DNA of 50,620 nucleotides from Sporichthyaceae bacterium (GTDB lineage Bacteria; Actinomycetota; Actinomycetes; Prado026), in the NCBI GenBank assembly GCA_031394045.1, contig JANMWN010000280.1, positions 1 through 50,620 on the forward strand, given 5' to 3'. The stretch's first letter is position 1. Every line of letters begins with the position of its first letter. This document shows, piece by piece, positions 41,228 to 50,620 of the stretch. The notes below the pieces were generated by a model. It made no database searches and had not been told where the DNA came from. It was given only the letters and a program-made list of their open reading frames with translations. The position numbers and the translations under genes are program-made.

Positions 41228-42375
41228 CCGTCACCTCACCCGTCGGCTTCCGCGCTGCCGGAGTCGTCGCCGGCCTGAAGTCCAGCGGGCTCCCCGACGT
41301 CGCCCTCGTCGTGAACGACGGGCCCGGACAGGCGGCGGCTGGTGTCGTCACCGGCAACCGCGTCAAGGCCGCCCCCGTCGTCTGGACCGAGCAGGTCCTC
41401 AAGTCCGGCCAGCTCAGGGCCGTGGTGCTCAACTCCGGCGGGGCCAACGCCTGCACAGGTCCGGCCGGCTTCCAGGACACGCACGCTACGGCCGAGCACC
41501 TGGCCCAGCTGCTCGGCTGCGGCGCCGGCGAGGTGGCCGTCTGCTCGACCGGCCTGATCGGCGACCGGCTGCCCATGGATCTGCTGCTCCCCGGTGTCAC
41601 CGCGGCAGTGGCGGAGGCCGATATCGAGGGCGGTGACGACGCGGCAGCCGCCATCATGACGACCGACAGCGTGGCCAAGACGGTGGCGGTACGCGGGGCC
41701 GGGTTCGTCGTGGGCGGCATGGCCAAGGGCGCCGGCATGCTCGCCCCCGGCCTGGCCACCATGCTCGTCGTGCTCACCACCGACGCCGTGGCCGGCAGCG
41801 ACGCGCTCGACCGGGCCCTGCGCGCGGCCACCAGCCGTACCTTCGACCGGGTCGACTCCGACGGCTGCATGTCGACGAACGACACCGTGCTGCTGCTTGC
41901 CAGTGGTGCATCCGGCGTCCAGCCGAGCGAGGCCCAGCTCGCGGCCGCGGTCGAGCAGGCCTGTGCTGAGCTGGCCCGGATGCTCATGGCCGACGCCGAG
42001 GGGGCCAGCAAGGAGGTCTCTGTCGAGGTCACCGGAGCGCTGTCCGAGAGCGACGCCGTCGACGTCGCGCGGGCCGTGGCCCGGAGCAACCTGCTCAAGT
42101 GCGCGATCCACGGCGAGGATCCCAACTGGGGTCGGGTGCTCGCTGCCGTCGGCACCACGGCCGCCGCCTTCGAGCCGGGCGACCTCGCCGTGGCCATCAA
42201 CGGCGTCTGGGTCTGCCGCGACGGGGCAGCGGGGGAGGCTCGGTCCCTGGTCGACATGTCCGACCGGTTGGTCCGCATCTGCATCGACCTCGGGGCCGGC
42301 GCGGCCGGAGCGACGGTCTGGACCAACGACCTCACCGCCGCGTACGTGCATGAGAACTCGGCGTACTCCTCATGA
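41224..42375 (+). CDS. argJ: Ornithine acetyltransferase / N-acetylglutamate synthase
   Basis: [50 protein letters not shown]. Confidence 0.97.
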   Translation: MTVTSPVGFRAAGVVAGLKSSGLPDVALVVNDGPGQAAAGVVTGNRVKAAPVVWTEQVLKSGQLRAVVLNSGGANACTGPAGFQDTHATAEHLAQLLGCGAGEVAVCSTGLIGDRLPMDLLLPGVTAAVAEADIEGGDDAAAAIMTTDSVAKTVAVRGAGFVVGGMAKGAGMLAPGLATMLVVLTTDAVAGSDALDRALRAATSRTFDRVDSDGCMSTNDTVLLLASGASGVQPSEAQLAAAVEQACAELARMLMADAEGASKEVSVEVTGALSESDAVDVARAVARSNLLKCAIHGEDPNWGRVLAAVGTTAAAFEPGDLAVAINGVWVCRDGAAGEARSLVDMSDRLVRICIDLGAGAAGATVWTNDLTAAYVHENSAYSS

Positions 42376-43292
42376 CGCAGACCGACACCCACACCGAGAC
42401 GCAGGTCCGGACCAGGCTTGCCCGCCGCGAGCTGGCGCTGGCCAAGGCCGCGGTGCTGGCCGAGGCGCTGCCGTGGCTCGAGCGGTTCCGCGGCCGGACC
42501 GTCGTGGTCAAGTACGGCGGCCACGCCATGACGGAGGAGTCCCTGCGGCTCGCCTTCGCGCAGGACATCGTGTTCCTGCGGCACGTGGGGCTGCGCCCCG
42601 TCGTGGTCCACGGCGGTGGCCCGCAGATCAGCGCCATGCTCGGCCGGCTCGGGGTGCCCACCGAGTTCAAGGGCGGCCACCGGGTCACCACCCCCGAGAC
42701 CATGGACGTCGTACGCATGGTGCTCACCGGCCAGGTCCAGCGCGAGGTCGTCGGCCTGATCAACAACCACGGCCCGTTCGCCGTCGGCATGTCCGGCGAG
42801 GACGCCCACCTGTTCACCGCCGAGCGCCGTGACGTGGTCGTCGAGGGCGTACCCACCGACCTCGGGCTGGTCGGCGACGTCGTACGCGTCGAGCCTGCCT
42901 TCGTCCAGGGCCTGCTCGACGACGGGCTCGTCCCTGTCGTCTCCAGCGTGGCTCGCGGCGACGACGGCGCGGTCTACAACGTGAACGCAGACACCGCGGC
43001 CGCAGCGCTTGCGGTCGCGCTGGGCGCCGAGAAGCTTGTCGTGCTCACCGATGTCGAGGGTCTGTACGCCGACTGGCCGGCCAGCGACGAGGTCATCAGC
43101 GAGCTGACCGCAGCCGAGCTGGCGCGGCTGCTGCCGACCCTGGCCAGCGGGATGATCCCCAAGATGGAGGCGTGCCTGCGCGCGGTCCAGGGCGGGGTGC
43201 CCAAGGCGCACATCCTCGACGGACGGGTCCTGCACGCGCTGCTGCTCGAGGTCTTCACCTCCGAGGGCGTAGGCACGCAGGTGATCCCGTGA
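42372..43292 (+). CDS. argB: Acetylglutamate kinase
   Basis: [31 protein letters not shown]. Confidence 0.97.
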   Translation: MTQTDTHTETQVRTRLARRELALAKAAVLAEALPWLERFRGRTVVVKYGGHAMTEESLRLAFAQDIVFLRHVGLRPVVVHGGGPQISAMLGRLGVPTEFKGGHRVTTPETMDVVRMVLTGQVQREVVGLINNHGPFAVGMSGEDAHLFTAERRDVVVEGVPTDLGLVGDVVRVEPAFVQGLLDDGLVPVVSSVARGDDGAVYNVNADTAAAALAVALGAEKLVVLTDVEGLYADWPASDEVISELTAAELARLLPTLASGMIPKMEACLRAVQGGVPKAHILDGRVLHALLLEVFTSEGVGTQVIP

Positions 43293-44541
43293 CCAGGGTC
43301 GACTCGGCAGACTCGGCAGACTCGGCAGACTCGGCAGAGTGGCAGCGGCGCTGGCAGGCGTCCGTGATGGACACGTACGGCACGCCGCCGGTCGCGCTCG
43401 TGTCCGGGTCCGGCGCGCACGTGCGCGACGCCGACGGCAAGGGCTACCTCGACCTGGTCGCGGGCATCGCGGTGAACGTGCTGGGCCACGCCCACCCCGC
43501 CGTCGTCGAGGCGGTGTCGCGGCAGGTGGCCACCCTCGGCCACACCTCCAACCTGGTGATCAACACCCCCTCCGTGCTGCTGGCCGAACGCCTGCTCGCC
43601 CTCGCCGGTCGCGACGGCAAGGTGTTCTTCTGCAACAGCGGTGCCGAGGCCTCCGAGGCCGCCCTCAAGATCGCCCGCCGCACCGGCCGTCCTGGCATGG
43701 TCACGGCCGAGAACTCGTTCCACGGACGTACGACCGGTGCGCTCGCGCTCACCGGTCAGCCGGCCAAGCGGGAGCCGTTCGCCCCGTTGCTGAGCGGGGT
43801 CACGTACGTCCCCTACGGCGACGTCGGCGCCCTCGAGGCCGCCGTGGGCGATTCGACAGCGGCCGTCGTCCTCGAACCCGTGCAGGGCGAGGGTGGCGTG
43901 GTCCCCGCGCCTGCCGGATACCTGGCGGCGGCGCAGCGGGTGGCCCGCCGGGCCGGGGCTCTCCTCGTCCTCGACGAGGTCCAGACCGGGATAGGACGTA
44001 CCGGCCACTGGTACGCGCACCAGGCCGACGGACTGACCCCCGACGTGGTCACCCTGGCCAAGGGGCTCGGGGGCGGCCTGCCCATCGGCGCCTGTCTGGC
44101 CTTCGACGCCGCAGCCGATCTGCTCACCCCCGGTCAGCACGGCTCGACGTTCGGCGGCAACCCGATCGCGTGCGCCGCGGCGCTGGCAGTCATCGACACC
44201 ATCGAGGACGACGACCTGCTCGCCCGCGCCGACAGCCTCGGTATCGCGATCGCCGCCGCTGTCGAGGGCCTCGGCCACCCGCTGGTCAGCGGCGTACGCG
44301 GTAGCGGGCTGCTCCTCGCGATCGTGCTGACCGCTCCGCTGGCCAAGGAGACCGAGGTGGCGCTGCGCTTGCGCGGCGTCCTGGTCAACGCGATCGCCCC
44401 CGACGTGATCCGGCTGGCCCCTCCGCTGGTCCTGACCGACGCCGACGTGGCGGTCTTCCTCACGCTCCTCCCGGCCGCGCTCGACGCGGCGGGCGCCGGA
44501 GCCGGGGCCGGCGTCGAGGCCCTCAGCGCGGCAGGCCGGTC

Positions 44542-44545
<4 letters not shown>
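43289..44545 (+). CDS. argD: Acetylornithine aminotransferase
   Basis: [54 protein letters not shown]. Confidence 0.96.
43301..43336 (+). repeat. 4 x 9-bp perfect tandem repeat GACTCGGCA (DSA) at the argD N-terminus
   Basis: Read directly. Confidence 0.95.
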
Positions 44546-47710
<3,165 letters not shown>

Positions 47711-47743
47711 CCACCTCGGCGGGCCAGCAGGGGGCGCGACCGG

Positions 47744-48361
47744 TCACTCCGGGGCGGGGCGGGCCGGCTTCGCAGGGCGGAATGCGCTGACGCTCGACTC
47801 GCCGACGACCCAGTAGCGTTCGAAGCGGCCGTCGTCCCGAAGGCCCACCCGCTGGCCGGTCGCGACCGCCGAGCGCAGGACGGGGGCGTCCGCCGGTACG
47901 AGGTCGAGCAACGAGCCGGGCCCGAGACGTACGCCGTCCAGCGCCCGGGTGATGCCGAGGCAGACCGCAAGGTTGCCAGGGCCGCGGGCCAGCCCGGGCC
48001 CGGCCGCCTCCAGGCCGCGCCTGGCCAGCGCCGTCTCCAGGCCCGCGACCACGACCCCCGCGCGCACCAGCACCGCCGAGGCTTCTCCCGCCGGGCCGGT
48101 AACCAGGTTCAGCAGCTCGTGCAGCCCGTAGATCGAGTACACGTAGACCGTGCCGCCGGCCTCGTACATGGCGCCGTTGCGAGGCGTACGCCCTCGGTAG
48201 GCGTGCGACCCGGGGTCGTCGGTCGCCCCGTACGCCTCCACCTCGGTCAGGCGTACCTCGACCTGCTCGCCGCTGACCCGCGAGACGAGCGTGCAGCCGA
48301 GCAGGGCGCGGGCCACGTCCGGCGCCGGCCGACCCAGGTCGACGCCGGGGTGCGCAGTCAT
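47744..48361 (-). CDS. mpg: 3-methyladenine DNA glycosylase (MPG/AAG family)
   Basis: VARALLG, TEVEAY, DPGSHAYRG.T.RN, YVYSIYG.H, AVLVRA, RGPGNL; start at ATG 48361. Confidence 0.92.
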   Translation of the reverse strand: MTAHPGVDLGRPAPDVARALLGCTLVSRVSGEQVEVRLTEVEAYGATDDPGSHAYRGRTPRNGAMYEAGGTVYVYSIYGLHELLNLVTGPAGEASAVLVRAGVVVAGLETALARRGLEAAGPGLARGPGNLAVCLGITRALDGVRLGPGSLLDLVPADAPVLRSAVATGQRVGLRDDGRFERYWVVGESSVSAFRPAKPARPAPE

Positions 48362-48404
48362 CTTGAGCTCACTTGCAAGACTCTGCCAGCCTTCGTACGA
48401 GAGA

Positions 48405-49724
48405 ATGCCGCTCGTGATCGAGACCGAGCGCGCGACCGCCCCCGAGGGACACCTCCTCGACGACCTGGTCTGGCGCGGCCTGGTCGCCGTCAGCACCGAC
48501 CTGGGCGCCCTGCGAGCGGCCATGGACCAGGGCCCGGTGACGCTCTACTGCGGCTTCGACCCCACCGCGCCGAGCCTGCACCTGGGCAACCTCGTACAGA
48601 TCCTCGTGCTGCGCCGGTTCCAGGGCGCCGGCCACCGGCCGCTGGCGCTCGTCGGGGGAGCGACCGGGCTGATCGGGGATCCCAGGCCCACCGCCGAGCG
48701 GACGCTGAACGCGCCCGAGACGGTCGCCCTGTGGGTCGACCGTATCCGGGCCCAGGTCGAGCCGTTCCTGTCGTTCGAGGGGCCGAACGCGGCACTCATG
48801 GTCAACAACCTGGACTGGACCGCCGACCTGTCAGCGATCGCCTTCCTGCGCGAGGTCGGCAAGCACTTCCGGGTCAACAAGATGATCGCCAAGGAAGCGG
48901 TGAGCGCGCGGCTCAACTCCGAGGCGGGGATCTCCTTCACCGAGTTCAGCTACCAGATCCTGCAGGGCATGGACTTCCTCGAGCTCTACCGCAGGCACGG
49001 GTGCATCGTGCAGACCGGCGGGAGCGACCAGTGGGGCAACCTCACCGCTGGGCTCGACCTGATCCACCGGGTCGAAGGCGTGTCGGTACACGCGCTGGCG
49101 ACCTCTTTGATCACCAAGGCCGACGGCACCAAGTTCGGCAAGACCGAGGGGGGCTCGATCTGGCTCGACGCCGAGCTCACCTCGCCGTACGCCTTCTTCC
49201 AGTTCTGGCTCAATGCCGACGATCGCGACATCAGTACCTACCTGAAGATCTTCAGCCTGCGGCCCAGGGCCGAGATCGAGGCGCTGATCGAGGCGACGGC
49301 CGCCCGGCCGGCCGCCCGTGAGGGGCAGCGTGCGCTCGCAGCCGAGCTGACCGCTCTCGTGCACGGTGACGCCCAGGCGCAGTCGGCCGCGGCCGCGGGG
49401 CAGGCACTGTTCGGCCAGGGCGCGCTCGACGCGGTGCCGGAGCCGACACTGGCCGCGGCCCTGGCGGAGACGACGGTGGTCACCGCCACGGCTGGGGACA
49501 CGTTTGCCGACCTGTTCGTGGCCACGGGGCTGGTCGCAAGCAAGGGAGCGGCCCGTCGCGCCGTGGCCGAAGGAGGCGCGTACGCCAACAACCTGCGGAT
49601 CGAAGACGGGGACGCCGTCCCGGGCCCGGCGGACTACCTGCGGGGCCGGTGGCTGGTGCTGCGTCGTGGCAAGCGTTCGCTGGCAGGGGTCCGTGCACCG
49701 GAATCCGGACCGTCAGGCCCCTGA
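48405..49724 (+). CDS. tyrS: Tyrosyl-tRNA synthetase (start could be GTG 48414)
   Basis: YCGFDPTAPSLHLGN, GGATGLIGDP, TEFSYQILQ, GGSDQWGN, KFGKT, C-terminal S4 domain. Confidence 0.97.
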   Translation: MPLVIETERATAPEGHLLDDLVWRGLVAVSTDLGALRAAMDQGPVTLYCGFDPTAPSLHLGNLVQILVLRRFQGAGHRPLALVGGATGLIGDPRPTAERTLNAPETVALWVDRIRAQVEPFLSFEGPNAALMVNNLDWTADLSAIAFLREVGKHFRVNKMIAKEAVSARLNSEAGISFTEFSYQILQGMDFLELYRRHGCIVQTGGSDQWGNLTAGLDLIHRVEGVSVHALATSLITKADGTKFGKTEGGSIWLDAELTSPYAFFQFWLNADDRDISTYLKIFSLRPRAEIEALIEATAARPAAREGQRALAAELTALVHGDAQAQSAAAAGQALFGQGALDAVPEPTLAAALAETTVVTATAGDTFADLFVATGLVASKGAARRAVAEGGAYANNLRIEDGDAVPGPADYLRGRWLVLRRGKRSLAGVRAPESGPSGP

Positions 49725-49777
49725 CGTGCGGCGACGTGTCCGAGGGGGGTCCGATCGCGGCCGGGGACGAGCCCGAC

Positions 49778-49806
49778 TTGACTCCGTTCGGCCCACTCCG
49801 TAGGGT
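49778..49806 (+). promoter_or_regulatory. rRNA operon promoter (upstream)
   Basis: TTGACT (49778-49783), 17 bp, TAGGGT (49801-49806). Confidence 0.75.
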
Positions 49807-49945
49807 TCCGTCCTGCCGCCCGACAGGGAGCAACGGACACCGCGAGGTGGCCGGTCCCGGGGTGGCCCCCAAGCGGTCGACCTGCTGCCAGTTCGTCTGG
49901 TGGTGGGCCTTCGCACGGGGGGCCGGACCCGGACTCGGGGGTGAT

Positions 49946-49974
49946 TTGACCCGACGGTCCCAGACGGCTAAGTT
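49946..49974 (+). promoter_or_regulatory. rRNA operon promoter (downstream)
   Basis: TTGACC (49946-49951), 17 bp, TAAGTT (49969-49974). Confidence 0.8.
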
Positions 49975-50026
49975 AGAACGGTTGCCCCGAGAGTCCGGCC
50001 GGAAGGCCTGCCTTCGGTGTGCGTCC

Positions 50027-50046
50027 GCTCCTTGAGAACTCAACAG
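50027..50046 (+). promoter_or_regulatory. rrn leader boxA / processing-stalk motif
   Basis: GCTCCTTGAGAACTCAACAG, typical of actinobacterial rrn leaders. Confidence 0.8.
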
Positions 50047-50261
50047 CGTGCCAAAAGTCAATGCCAAAAAACCCTGTCCCTGGGGTCGGCGGCAGGCCAT
50101 TCCGGTCTGTGCGCGCATCAGGACAGAATTCCTTTGGTGAAGACAGACGACAGTAACGTCTGAAATCGCCAGATCTTAAAGGCGTGTCAGTTGATTCCCA
50201 GCTGACCGTCGCTTTCCGTAGTCGGCAATCCGTGCGTTCGCGTACGGCGCCAACATAGACA

Positions 50262-50620
<359 letters not shown>

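Noticed and set aside
49725-50261. ORFs or tRNA in the tyrS-16S spacer
   Set aside because: Region is explained by two rrn promoters, boxA and leader hairpins; no cloverleaf or TTCGA T-loop context and no coding motifs.

Overview
High-GC Actinomycetia chromosomal segment that is mostly conserved housekeeping synteny: 'carB-pyrK-pyrD-pyrF-mIHF-gmk-rpoZ-coaBC, metK-priA, def-fmt-rsmB, rpe, an FMN riboswitch plus ribD-ribE-ribBA-ribH-hisE-hisG, infC (ATC start)-rpmI-rplT-trmH-sensor kinase, pheST, argCJBDR-argGH, mpg, tyrS, and the promoters, leader and 5' end of a 16S rRNA gene. Several accessory inserts interrupt this backbone. (1) An AbiEi-like/DUF559 (Vsr-like) nuclease gene splits coaBC from metK; a REP/MITE-like inverted repeat overlaps its stop codon and paired GTCCACAG boxes lie upstream. 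(2) A HAD hydrolase and a membrane diguanylate cyclase. (3) A Tat-exported esterase. (4) An orphan CoxD/CoxE/XdhC/MocA-type molybdoenzyme maturation module whose MocA carries an extra DUF6191-like tail. (5) Two tandem paralogous secreted beta-helix proteins. (6) A CtaG-like protein and an aldo/keto reductase. Window-wide signals are an apparent excess of CGTACG in all reading frames, many in-frame tandem micro-duplications at gene ends, and frequent leaderless promoter geometry. No CRISPR array, tRNA, transposase or prophage was seen. All assignments come from motif recognition by eye; no database search was run.
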